A DNA stretch of 61,454 nt, filler included, from Basidiobolus ranarum (Eukaryota): NCBI GenBank assembly GCA_040143965.1. It is 22 parts of 22 records of this genome, joined end to end, with 100 filler letters (N's around TTAATTAATTAA, not from the genome) between each part and the next. Parts side by side here need not be neighbours in the genome. Positions count along the whole stretch, not along the records: positions 36,444 to 39,135 come from JASJQH010003062.1; positions 39,236 to 41,927 come from JASJQH010003063.1; positions 42,028 to 44,719 come from JASJQH010003064.1; positions 44,820 to 47,510 come from JASJQH010003065.1; positions 47,611 to 50,301 come from JASJQH010003066.1; 17 more parts are not named here. One strand, 5' to 3'. The position numbers were made by a program, and so were the translations under genes. Shown here piece after piece: positions 36,501-47,700 of the stretch (position 1 is its first letter; each line of letters begins with the position of its first letter). The notes beneath the pieces are model-generated. The model saw nothing but the letters and a program-made list of their open reading frames with translations, was not told where the DNA came from and did not search any database.

Positions 36501-37759
36501 ATAGTTGTGCAGTATGTTTCTATTGTGACACATATGATCACTTGCACTAGAATCTAGAATCCACACATGAGCAGAGTCATTTACTGCTTTAGAGGTTGCC
36601 ATAAGTACATAGTGTTCGTTTCCTCTTTTAGTGGTGTTATATGCTTCCTTTTTCTTTGAAGCCCATTTCTTCTTTGATCTGCAATAATGTGCTATATATC
36701 CCTGTTTTCCACATTTGTAACAGTTAACAGTGCTCCTTTCTGGTTGGCTTTTTTGAGAATAAATACTTGTGTAGTTTTTGTTCATCTGCAAGCTAACTTT
36801 TGACTTTCCTTGTAAATTCTTCTTGACATAGACAAGTGATCAGATAATGCTGAGTAAGCTTATCCCCAATTGCTTCCCAAGTGAGTACACAGGCTGAATA
36901 TGATTCAGGGAGACTATTGATTATGGTAAGAATTATATCCATTTCAGGTACTTCATAATTCACCAATTCCAGTTGTTGGGCAAGTTTCTTGTCACCATAT
37001 ACATTTGTCATAATATCTGAATCCTCAGACATATGAGAGTTTAAGAATTTTCTATGTATAATCATCAAGTGAGCAAGCCCTTTTTGCTCATGATGTTCCA
37101 CTAGGATTCCCCATGCATTCTTGGCAGAGTCAGCATCTCTAACTAGCATAAGTTGTTGTGATCCCAGTCTTAGAAATATTTCCCTTAATGCCAATCTGTC
37201 TTTTTCTTTGAAGGTTGCCCTGGCTTCTTTACATGTTGGCTTCTTTGTTAAAGTGTTAGAATCTGTACTTTCTTCTTCAAAAGTTTCTTCTTCTTTATCT
37301 GGTTGAACTACTTCCCAGACATGTTTCCCTTCAAGCACAAGTTGCATCTAGAATTTCCATTCATGGAAATCTTCCCCATTGAATGTTGGAATATTAGTAA
37401 ACTCCTTTTGGGAAGAAGACTCTAATTCACTTGCTGCTACCATGTTGGAGGATCTTGACTTAATGGGTGTAGACTTTGGGTACTAGAAGCAACTTAAGAT
37501 AGTGTGTTTTAGTTACCTTATTCTTAAGAGTATATGGGGACTTATATTGTAGAAAAGTAAATTAATTGTTTGAGATATTCAGGAGATTGTGTAATAAGAT
37601 AAAATAGATAAGTGGTGGTAATAAGACGTACTTGTTATAAAGATATAGAGATATTCCTATTTAGAGTATAGGTGCTATAGATATGTTGCTTTCTGTTTCT
37701 GGTATATGTTTCATAACTAAAGTTAACTATGAGGTTGAATAATGATTAAATATCCAACA
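36501..37759 (-). mobile_element. Copia family C 5' end: LTR 37443-37759, PBS TGGTAGCAG, gag-PR
   Basis: LTR ...CCAACA, then TGGTAGCAGC. Gag FNGEDFHEWKF*MQLVLEGKHVW, CYKCGKQG and WILDSSASDHM. Confidence 0.9.
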
Positions 37760-39112
37760 TATATCTCTTCCCCAATTTACGTCTGAATATGCCATCAGAG
37801 CAAAGTTTGATCCAGAATATGTGTATTTTAAGTACATATCCATAGTACCTTTCAAATATCTGAAAATCTGCTAAACTACTATGATTAGATCAGATCCATA
37901 ATTTTGATGATACTGGCACATAACTTCTGCAGAATATGCAATATCTGGCCATGTTCAAACCATGATATACATCTAACTATCAACCATATAATAATAAGGA
38001 TATATCTGGCTTTCATTTGAATCCAAGTATGTCTGATTGAGCCATTTATGGTCAAGTTAACATTTGCCTACAGTGGGGTAGATACTGGATTGCATTGTTT
38101 CATTTTAAACTTCTTTAGTATATCTAGAATATACTTAAAATGGTTTAAAGTTATTGTTTTGGTAGTTCAGTCTATCTTAACTTGGATTCCAAGATTACAT
38201 GTCAGTTCACCAAGATCAGGCATTTTGAATTTGACAGATAAGTTGGATTTGGTTTTCTCCAAAGTCTACCAGTTATTGATTGCTATAATATGGTCATCTA
38301 CATTTAAGGCTAATAAAACTGGGTTTGTCTTATCTGGCCTGAAGTAGATACTATAGTCAGCATTACTCTTTTGAAATTTGGGTGTTTCCAAAAACATGTC
38401 TATCTTGCTATTCCAAGCTCTTGGAGATTGTTTTAAGCATAAAGTGTTTTCAGGAGTCTGCAAACCTCTTTTAGGTTTTTCTGAATCTACAAATCCATCT
38501 GGCTGGCCTATATAGATATCCTCAGCAAGCTCTCCATTCATAAAACCAGTTTTAACATCCATTTGATGTATAGTAAACTGATATATAGCTGAAATTGCTA
38601 AAATCAATCCAATCAAATTAAACTTTGCTACAGGAGCAAAAGTTTGTGTATAATCTATTCCTGGTGTTTGGGAAAGAGCCATTGGCTACTAGTCTAGCCT
38701 TGTACCTTTCTGTGTTGTCATCAGAGTTGTATTTAACTTCAGACACCCATTGGCAGCCAATTGATTTTCTATCATCAGGTAAGTTGCATTTTCATTTTAA
38801 TTTTTCAAACTTGATGGTTGGTTTCATCCAATTTTTCAGAACAGGGAAAGCTCCATAAATTTGAGAAGTAGACATTACAGAGAGTGCAAGCTTGGGACTC
38901 ATAACCTGTTAAATTGTTTGGGAGCCTGTTGGAAGTGGTTTGGAGAATTAGAGGAATTGGTGGTTTTCACCTATTGATTTACTCAGTAGAAAGTTGACAT
39001 TTATAGTTTTGTCAAGATGTAAACAAACCAACATGTAGAATGTGCTAAGGAAGGTCCCAGGAACTTGTGTGCTAAGTTTGAGGCTTCTAGCACAGGTTTG
39101 AAAAATCTATAT
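37760..39112 (-). mobile_element. Internally deleted family A element: LTR 38907-39112, PBS and ~100 bp of gag joined directly to RT
   Basis: Gag start PVLKKLDETNHQV abuts RT motifs KSIGCQWV, YKARLVA, GIDYTQTFAPVAKF and QMDVKTGF near 38785. Confidence 0.85.
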
Positions 39113-39235
39113 GTAAGGTATGGATGGCCAATCAANNNNNNNNNNNNNNNNNNNNNNNNNNNNNNNNNNNNNNNNNNNNTTAATTAATTAANNNNNNNNN
39201 NNNNNNNNNNNNNNNNNNNNNNNNNNNNNNNNNNN

Positions 39236-39514
39236 ACCAAGATATTTTCCATTATTCTCAATTGGAATTTACTTGGAATATTTTTTACCAACTTACAAGT
39301 TCTCAGATATATAGATCTTTTAAACTTGTTCTATAAGCCCCAAACTTTACACATATGTTTCTGAGACCTTTCTTAACTCATTCTACGCATTAGTTTGCTT
39401 ATATCTTGAAAAATTTATAAATGTCAATTTTCTACTCAATAAATCAATAAGTGAAAACCTTCAATTTCTCTAATTCTTCAAACCACTTCCAACAGGCTCC
39501 CAAATACTTTAACA
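39236..39514 (+). repeat. Family A LTR, 5'-truncated by the contig start
   Basis: Ends ...CCCAAATACTTTAACA, about 225 bp from the AKR stop codon. Confidence 0.87.
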
Positions 39515-39738
39515 TTGATTAACGGAACATGTTTATATACAACAGAATATTTAGTAAGTAGTTAGTGATGTATAACATGAAGAATGCATTTGTAGAGTAA
39601 TTAAAGCTACATGTGGGAATTAAAGAAGACTGAATAGTTCAGGTAGAGAAATAGTCCAAAAATATGGCAAACTTGAAAAGGGAACATGCAGTTATAACGG
39701 ATAGATAACACGTATATAAGTGGGCAGATTGATTTTAT

Positions 39739-40602
39739 TTATATCCGGGGTAAATACTGTCTATGTTCAAGCATATTTCCAGCAATATCAATTCTCTCCA
39801 CTTCTTCATCAGTTAGCTTAAATGTACCAAGTTCCAGGAATTCAGTTAAGCGATGAGGCTTACTAGATGTTGTTACCACCATATTTCCTTTATTGACAGA
39901 CCATCTTAAAAGTACTTGACTGGTAGTTTTGGAATATTTCTTAGCAATCTCCTCTACTACACTCTCCACTGGACCATCGGATTTGTGTACAATTGGAACC
40001 AGCCCTCCATATGCCTCAGTTAAAATTCCATGGTTTTCAGTATAGAGAATCAGTTCACGTGACTGAAGATATGGGTGAAACTCTATCTGATTGACTACTG
40101 GTTTGATACGAGCAATGGGAAGAAGTACATCCAAATCTTTAATGTGGAAGTTAGATACACCAATAGCACGAGCTAAGCCCTGATCAACAAGATTCTCCAT
40201 CTCTGGCCAAGCCTCCTCAAGTATGATCCCATGGGACTCCTTGTTAAATAAAGGAGAATGAACAAGGTACAAGTCAACGTACTCCAACTTTAGGCGAGCC
40301 AAAGACTCCTGAAGAGCCTTTTTAGGATCACCAATATGTGGCCAAACTTTGGTTGTAACGAAGATTTGATTCCTTGGAATTTCTGACTCTTCAATGGCCA
40401 AGCCTACATCTTTCTCAGTTCCATACATTTCTGCAGTATCTATATGGCGATAACCAATTTTCAGTGCCTCCTTAATGCTCTCCACCAGTTTGCGGTTAAT
40501 AGGTCCATCATTTGTGCCAGTATACCAGGCAGTTCCGGTGCCAAATGCAACAGTTGGCGCAGTTATATCGGCTGTTAAAGAAGTTGTAAGTTGATTAGAC
40601 AT
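39739..40602 (-). CDS. Aldo-keto reductase (NADPH-dependent; resembles fungal alpha-keto amide / polyketone reductases)
   Basis: Intact, intronless 287-aa ORF with FGTG, IDTAEMY, TTKV, DLYLVH, IGVSNF and NQIEFHP; the D-Y-K-H tetrad is present. Confidence 0.95.
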   Translation of the reverse strand: MSNQLTTSLTADITAPTVAFGTGTAWYTGTNDGPINRKLVESIKEALKIGYRHIDTAEMYGTEKDVGLAIEESEIPRNQIFVTTKVWPHIGDPKKALQESLARLKLEYVDLYLVHSPLFNKESHGIILEEAWPEMENLVDQGLARAIGVSNFHIKDLDVLLPIARIKPVVNQIEFHPYLQSRELILYTENHGILTEAYGGLVPIVHKSDGPVESVVEEIAKKYSKTTSQVLLRWSVNKGNMVVTTSSKPHRLTEFLELGTFKLTDEEVERIDIAGNMLEHRQYLPRI

Positions 40603-42028
40603 GGATTCGATGCCTTTTGTTCAAGAATTCCGACTTTTTATTAAAATCGAAGGGTCAGTCACAAGGCATTTCGATTTCGGAAGTACTGATAAAGGGGCTA
40701 GGGTATGGCTTAGTATTACGATGAATCTCAGATACTTGAAGTATTGCAATGTTATGTGAATATTGAACCGTAAACGATGGATACAGTAGAGTATGATCAC
40801 TCCTTTGTTTGATTTTGGTTCCATTTCAATTAAACCATTTCATTCTTAGATCACGTAACCACCTTGGATGGATGGTGAATTTACTTAGTAGAGAAATGAA
40901 TCATCGAATCATCTGCTACGCCTCTAAGTTTCAATTTCAATGACAACAATCTGAGTCTCGGCTTTAATAAAGTCAACTAATTTAGGAAACCATGAAACAC
41001 GAACAAGCACCCCGCCCAAGCTGGATTAGCCCCCGCAAAAAGGAACATCAAGTTCTACTCTATAGGAAGATGAAAGATGAAAGTCAGATACAAAAATTGG
41101 TTGGAAGGTAGAGGGAAGGAAATGACATTCCCAGACGTTAGCAAAGTCAAAATTAATGAACTTTTCAGGTTGAGAAAACAACAAAAAATACGACAGTGGT
41201 TATAAATCGGATAAACACTTAATAGGCAGCAACTCACTACAATGGTGACTCTCGGAACCGGAGGGGCAACACCAGTGACAAGGTAAGCATGGCGCCAAAC
41301 CAAGCACCTGTAACTGATAAAGCAACCACTAACAGTAGATATGATTCTGAAGAGCCCAATTAGAAAGGGATAATCTCGTTTCTCAGAATACCCTCCATAT
41401 CGAAACTATATACTCAAAGTCGGACTAAAATACTTAGGATACGATGGACAAGATGAATGATAACAACCATAAATTGTAGCATATGTTGGGGAAACTTGAT
41501 ACGCAAGTCAATATCGTACAATCTGGATTCTGGCAAAAATATCAACCTTAAACTTTAAGCATCAAAAAGATGCTTCACTCTGTCTAGCAGGCGTCTTTGA
41601 TCTCAAAGCAACAGCACCTTCCACCTGCCATTTACCAAATTGATTAGAATGGTGCTCGTCAGTCAGCCAAGATGCCCAAGTAGCCCATAAAGCAATACGG
41701 CTTACTTCTACTATGAGTCTGAGTTAGCCCATTATGCTCATTTATTTAGTAGCGACTTCCAAATTGCAATGAATTCAATTCAAACAATGGGATTATAGTT
41801 CTTAAACTACCGAGCCCCCCCCCACGGGGTAACAATCTTAACCCCTGGCCCGAGCTAGGGACCAATGTTATCTCCATGGTCATGGAGTGAAGAAGGATAG
41901 ATTTAAAGCGGCCAAATACTATCGAATNNNNNNNNNNNNNNNNNNNNNNNNNNNNNNNNNNNNNNNNNNNNTTAATTAATTAANNNNNNNNNNNNNNNNN
42001 NNNNNNNNNNNNNNNNNNNNNNNNNNNC

Positions 42029-43927
42029 CATACCCCTGATGGTTCTCCTTGTGGTCTTTTAAACCATCTTGCTCACCAGTGTAAGATCTCTACCGACTTC
42101 CCCGATACTTCTAGAATTCCTTACCATCTGGCCTCTTTGGGTGTTTCTCAATCACTTGTTCATACTACTAGTGGTCCTAAGAACATTTCAGTCCAGTTGG
42201 ACGGTAAAGTCGTTGGTTGGTGTACTCCTGAGCTTGCAAAGGAGGTTGCCAACAAACTTAGAGTATGGAAAATCGAGAAGAAGAACGGCATTCCTCTTGA
42301 TCTTGAAATTGGTTATGTACCCAGTTCTAATGGTGGTCAATATCCTGGTCTTTTCCTGTTCTCTACTCCTGCTCGTATGTCTCGTCCTGTTAAATACTTG
42401 GCTAACGGAAAGACTGACATGGTTGGTCCTTTCGAACAAGTATATTTGGATATTGCTTGCATGGATGATGAAGTGGTTCCAGGGACCTCTACTCATCAAG
42501 AGTTCACTCCCACTAACATCCTTTCTGTGGTTGCCAATCTCACCCCCTTCTCCGATTTCAATCAGTCCCCTCGTAATATGTACCAATGTCAGATGGGTAA
42601 GCAGGCCATGGGTACTCCAGCCCAAGCTCTGAGATATCGTACTGATAACAAGATGTACCGTATTCAAACTGGTCAAACTCCCATTGTTCGTCCTCATTTG
42701 CATAACCAATATGGTATGGATGGTTTCCCCAATGGTATGAACGCCATCGTTGCCGTTATTAGTTACACCGGTTACGATATGGAGGATGCTATGATTCTGA
42801 ACAAATCTTCTCACGAACGTGGCTTTGGGTACGGTTCAGTCTACAAATCCGAGGTGATTGACTTGTCGGATTTGAAGCGTCCTGGAGAGCCTATCACCTG
42901 CCACTTTGGTATTAACGAGAACGCCAATCGTGCTTGGAGAGAGAAGCTTGATTCTGATGGTTTACCATATATTGGTGTGAAACTCACCAATGGAGATCCT
43001 ATGTATGGTTATGTTAATGATGTTTCCGGCAAGACAGTCGTCAAAAGATACAAGGGGTTGGAAGATGCCTACGTTGATGAAGTGCGTGTTTTAGGTAATG
43101 ATACTGGTGATGAGGAATGCCAAAAAGTCCACATCAAACTTCGTATCCCTCGTCCACCTATTATTGGTGATAAATTCTCTTCTCGTCACGGACAGAAGGG
43201 TGTTTGCTCGCAAAAGTGGCCAGCTGTCGATATGCCTTTCACCGAGTCTGGAATGCAACCCGATGTTATCATTAACCCACACGCTTTCCCCTCTAGAATG
43301 ACCATTGGTATGTTCGTCGAGAGTTTGGCCGCTAAAAGTGGTGCCCTTCATGGAACCGTTCAAGATTCCACTCCATTCCAATTCAATGAGGACCATACTG
43401 CTGCTGATTTCTTCGGTGAGCAATTGTTAGCAGCTGGATACAATTACCATGGTAATGAGCCCATGTACAGTGGTATCACCGGTCAAGAATTCAAGGCAGA
43501 TATCTACATTGGATGTGTTTACTATCAAAGATTAAGACACATGGTTTCCGATAAGTACCAAGTTCGTACCACAGGTCCAGTCCATGCTCTGACTCAGCAG
43601 CCTCTTAAGGGTCGTAAACGTGCAGGTGGTATTCGTTTCGGTGAGATGGAACGTGATTCGTTACTTGCTCACGGTGTTTCCTTCTTGTTACAAGATCGTT
43701 TGATGAATTGTTCGGATTACTCGCAAACACTAGTATGCAAGTTGTGCGGTTCCATTGTATCTCCAATCTCTACCGCATCTACTGCCTCTTCCATGCGTCG
43801 TGAACATGAATGCCGTTCATGTAAAACATCTGAAGGACTTGAGTTAATTGCGGTACCTTTCGTATTCCGTTACTTGGCAACCGAACTGATGGCAATGAAT
43901 ATTCAAATGAAGTTAGAAGTGAAATAG
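42029..43927 (+). CDS. RPA135: RNA polymerase I second-largest subunit, 5'-partial
   Basis: Open from the contig start (HTPDGSPCGLLNHL). Contains TPFSDFNQSPRNMYQCQMGKQ, GDKFSSRHGQKG, YYQRLRHMVSDK and GGIRFGEMERD, with Pol I-type variants. Confidence 0.96.
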   Translation, partial: HTPDGSPCGLLNHLAHQCKISTDFPDTSRIPYHLASLGVSQSLVHTTSGPKNISVQLDGKVVGWCTPELAKEVANKLRVWKIEKKNGIPLDLEIGYVPSSNGGQYPGLFLFSTPARMSRPVKYLANGKTDMVGPFEQVYLDIACMDDEVVPGTSTHQEFTPTNILSVVANLTPFSDFNQSPRNMYQCQMGKQAMGTPAQALRYRTDNKMYRIQTGQTPIVRPHLHNQYGMDGFPNGMNAIVAVISYTGYDMEDAMILNKSSHERGFGYGSVYKSEVIDLSDLKRPGEPITCHFGINENANRAWREKLDSDGLPYIGVKLTNGDPMYGYVNDVSGKTVVKRYKGLEDAYVDEVRVLGNDTGDEECQKVHIKLRIPRPPIIGDKFSSRHGQKGVCSQKWPAVDMPFTESGMQPDVIINPHAFPSRMTIGMFVESLAAKSGALHGTVQDSTPFQFNEDHTAADFFGEQLLAAGYNYHGNEPMYSGITGQEFKADIYIGCVYYQRLRHMVSDKYQVRTTGPVHALTQQPLKGRKRAGGIRFGEMERDSLLAHGVSFLLQDRLMNCSDYSQTLVCKLCGSIVSPISTASTASSMRREHECRSCKTSEGLELIAVPFVFRYLATELMAMNIQMKLEVK

Positions 43928-44532
43928 ATTTTACTAGATTTATTAGTTCAAGTTATTTCCCTTCCAAGTGCATCTTATCCTCATCCATCATCATCAATCA
44001 TTGTCCTCTCCTCGTTCTGATTTCTATTCTTTTGAATTATTTCATTCATCGATCATTGGGGGTGAGGGGATGATTTTTTCCGTGTTTGTTTTATATAGAT
44101 TATTGTGATGAGGTCTAATGATTTCATCCTACACATTGAGTCCTTCCTCTATCATCCCCCCTCTCTCTCTCTTTCCCGCTCTCTTTCCCGCTCTCTTCCG
44201 TAGATATTAAATACTCTACCTCTTTCGGTGCGCGCATTATATATTTTGTTCTTAGAAAGTTTTCACTTATCAATACAATAGCTCTTTAAAATTTTAATAA
44301 AAGAACTAATTAATTAAATGAAAGTTTCACGAAAAAAGGGATATTACCAAGGAACAATCAAGATTTTATTGAAATGGATAATTAAAAACCTGGTATAAAT
44401 GGGGAAGGTTTATGAATGACAAAAAATGTTCATTTGAATGTAGAGATTTTAATGGGATGAAATTATAGCTGGTGATAATGCAGTAAATTGATGTCTAAAT
44501 CATCCGGAATGAGGGATTCCTTTTATAGTTAC

Positions 44533-44716
44533 TTAATATTGTTTACGGGCTTCACGAGCAACAGCTACCAAGTTCTTGAGTGCGGCTTCAGTCTCGGCCC
44601 AACCACGAGTCTTCAATCCGCAATCAGGATTGACCCATACAAGTTCACTGGGAAGAAGCTTCACAATATCTCCAAGGCGGGATTGCATCTCTTCAACAGA
44701 TGGAACTCTGGGGGAA
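44533..44716 (-). CDS. MET6: Cobalamin-independent methionine synthase, last exon only
   Basis: The - strand reads SPRVPSVEEMQSRL...VWVNPDCGLKTRGWAETEAALKNLVAVAREARKQY*, the MetE C-terminal signature. It is absent from the ORF track. Confidence 0.93.
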
Positions 44717-47700
44717 CTANNNNNNNNNNNNNNNNNNNNNNNNNNNNNNNNNNNNNNNNNNNNTTAATTAATTAANNNNNNNNNNNNNNNNNNNNNNNNN
44801 NNNNNNNNNNNNNNNNNNNCGCGATTTCGTAGCATGTCATGCAACTAAATTCATCATTTCTGTACCCCACAGTTAAACAATCTAAGGATGTCCACAGACC
44901 CAGTTAAATTTCACGACTCAATTTAATTAGAAAAGCAGGGAAATCAGTTTACTGCTTGATGCGGCCTTACTCTAACATATGCTTTTACTGAACACCAAGA
45001 TTTCAATTAGTAATTTCAGTACCCCTCTACTATCAATCATACATGGCTCAAACTTGAATAGCCACAAGGGAGTTCAATTCCTTGCCAAGCTGGATGCCGT
45101 GAAAGCCTGGGTTTGAGCGCATGAGGACCAAGCTTGAATGTTGGGACATCTGTTCTCAAGTGACCATTGAGTAACAATATATGCGCGACTGAAGTTCAAA
45201 GTAGTTAACTGGATTGCTTAATATCTATATAAAGTAATGAAATGGGATCCAGCAAGTTGAATATACCAACATCAGCAATTGACGCCGGTTTTTTTGGTGA
45301 CCCGCACTTACTTACATCGTTCAATTAAAGATGGAAGGAATAAAAACAAAAACAGTGTTAAACTCTCGATCTATTTCCTATTACACTGACATATGTCGTA
45401 CAACTAACGATTGGCGCCTTGCAGTAGATATTTTAGTGTCCTGATCTAATGATAAGGTGTGAATATGGTACTCGACTGTTTTAGAAGGGTATCCTCTCTC
45501 TCTCAAAAGAATGAGACCTTACATATTACCAGGACTAACCTTTATCCATATACATTCAGATCACTACTGGCTTTCAATATCACGGATACGGTCCTATAGC
45601 GAGTAGTTCATGTGCAGTTACAATTCTTTAGAGAGATTTTAAGTAGAAAACTCTCAAAGATGAGAAGGCTCGTTTCCTATAGATGACGTAACATAAGTTT
45701 TCCTCAATATCCCAATTGTTGTACATCCATTCCATATTCTTGGTGGCAAAAATAAACCAAAATCAAAAGTGTTTTTACCCGCATATAAGATGCCGAGTGC
45801 TTCCAAAGAGTGTGGTACATATGCCCTCTGGGCGCTATCATGCCTCCAGTTTATGCGGGCTTCTCAGGCTTACTCTCGAGTTTATTCCAATAGGAGCTAG
45901 CCATCAACTCTTTTTTTAGCACGAAGTATCTTGTAATTTATTTTAAGGAATTTTTAAGCTACCGAAATGGCAAGAGGATTTATACTGCTTTGGGAGAAAA
46001 TATTTGGTGGAGAAGTCTCAGAAATAAATAGTGCTACTATGGAAGCTTCGATTGTGAAAAAGTGATTTCCTACCTGTCCATTTCACTTATGATATGACTG
46101 ATCAGTGGTAAGTAAAGAGAATCAGAAATGCATAGAAATTGGCTGATGTAACTTGATTTACTACCACCTTTTTTGAATATTGTTCGACGGAATGGCTCTT
46201 CTGTAAGTGTGATTTAAGTGGCATCGAGGCATGTAATCTTGTACTCTCAGAATGACTTACTGAGGATGCTGCAATCGTAAGTTTGGAAGTATTTCACAGA
46301 ATTCAGAATGTAATGCACCTCGTTCATTAATGCTCAGTCACAGAGCCTATGACCATATACTTTCTGAATTGTCTATGAGCTGGAAACACCGTGAGTGTTG
46401 AATTGGTTCAACAATACGCTCAAGGTATAGTCTACTGGTATCTAATCAGATGGATAGGAACACAGAGCGGGCCGAAATGTATTACGTTGCCAATCATGAG
46501 CGATAGAAATGCTACTGCTATGTTAAGGTATAGAATGCTCGCATGTATCTTCGCATGACATCATCACCTCTACATATGGAAACTGCCACTTCATATGAAT
46601 ACTATTGTAATTAACACTTTCTTATGCACCATGATCTATATTTATACCTTGTCACCCCAAAATCCGCTTTCTGCCTCCAGCGTTGCTATTACCAAGTCCG
46701 ATAAGAGTCAGTTATCAACATTGCATAAGAACAATTTCAAGTATTTTGCTTTGCTCATCTCTTGATTTTCTAAAAGGATATTGCCTGACCAAGAAGGATA
46801 TCTGTCACATTAGTGGGTGAATGTGATGATTGTGGAGTTGAAAAATCAGGGAGTATTTAGGAACCGCCCTCATTCAAAATGCCCCCCATATGCTCATTTG
46901 GCAGCTCTGTAAATTCCTTTTGCTAATAGAAAAGAATAGAACTTTTCAATTCAATCATGTTGGTGCATATACCCTTGTTATTGCCTAGCCAATGTTGTGT
47001 TGTTAACTCTGATACTACCTCTGCTGACTATAGAGTGATATCTATCCACACTTCAAACCTTGGAGGGAAAATTTGATGTTCTATATAAATCATGTCATGA
47101 ATGGTAATACACATTTGAAAACTATGTATTGGTCGCGAGAACCAGTATATTTGTATGGTATACAGTAGAGTTTCATGCCAAAGCACCTAAAATAGGCTCT
47201 GAAGCACCGTTGCTCATATAGGAATAGATGGATGTAAAGACTCAGGAGCATAGCTAACTGTAAATTAGTTTTATACAAGATCCTTGAGGTCCATAAGGAT
47301 TGTCTTTAATTCTCATTTTTCTGGTAGGCATAGCTCTTCAGCTTCAATTCTCTAGTTAGTCAATATCTTTTTCCAGCATCCCATCTTTTGACCTATCACA
47401 ACTTCACTTGAAAGGTTACGCCTGACTTCAATGAACAGGAAAATAAGCGCCATAAAACTTGGCTCTACCATAGCGCCAGCCTGTTTTCAGCTGCATGCCA
47501 ACTTTTATTANNNNNNNNNNNNNNNNNNNNNNNNNNNNNNNNNNNNNNNNNNNNTTAATTAATTAANNNNNNNNNNNNNNNNNNNNNNNNNNNNNNNNNN
47601 NNNNNNNNNNATATAGAATCAAAATATAACTATTTGCTCTAAATACCCATGACATTTCGAGATTTATATTGCAAGCAATATCACCGTACAAAGACCAAAC

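Noticed and set aside
41000-41927. Short - strand open segments upstream of the AKR (e.g. RIALWATWASW)
   Set aside because: No coherent gene model or recognisable family could be built.
42069-43423. Long ORFs overlapping RPA135 (187, 208 and 110 aa)
   Set aside because: Shadow frames produced by codon bias in a conserved gene.
45287-45328. FFGDPHLLT peptide resembling the GDPH autoproteolysis motif
   Set aside because: A stop follows within a few codons and there is no supporting domain context.
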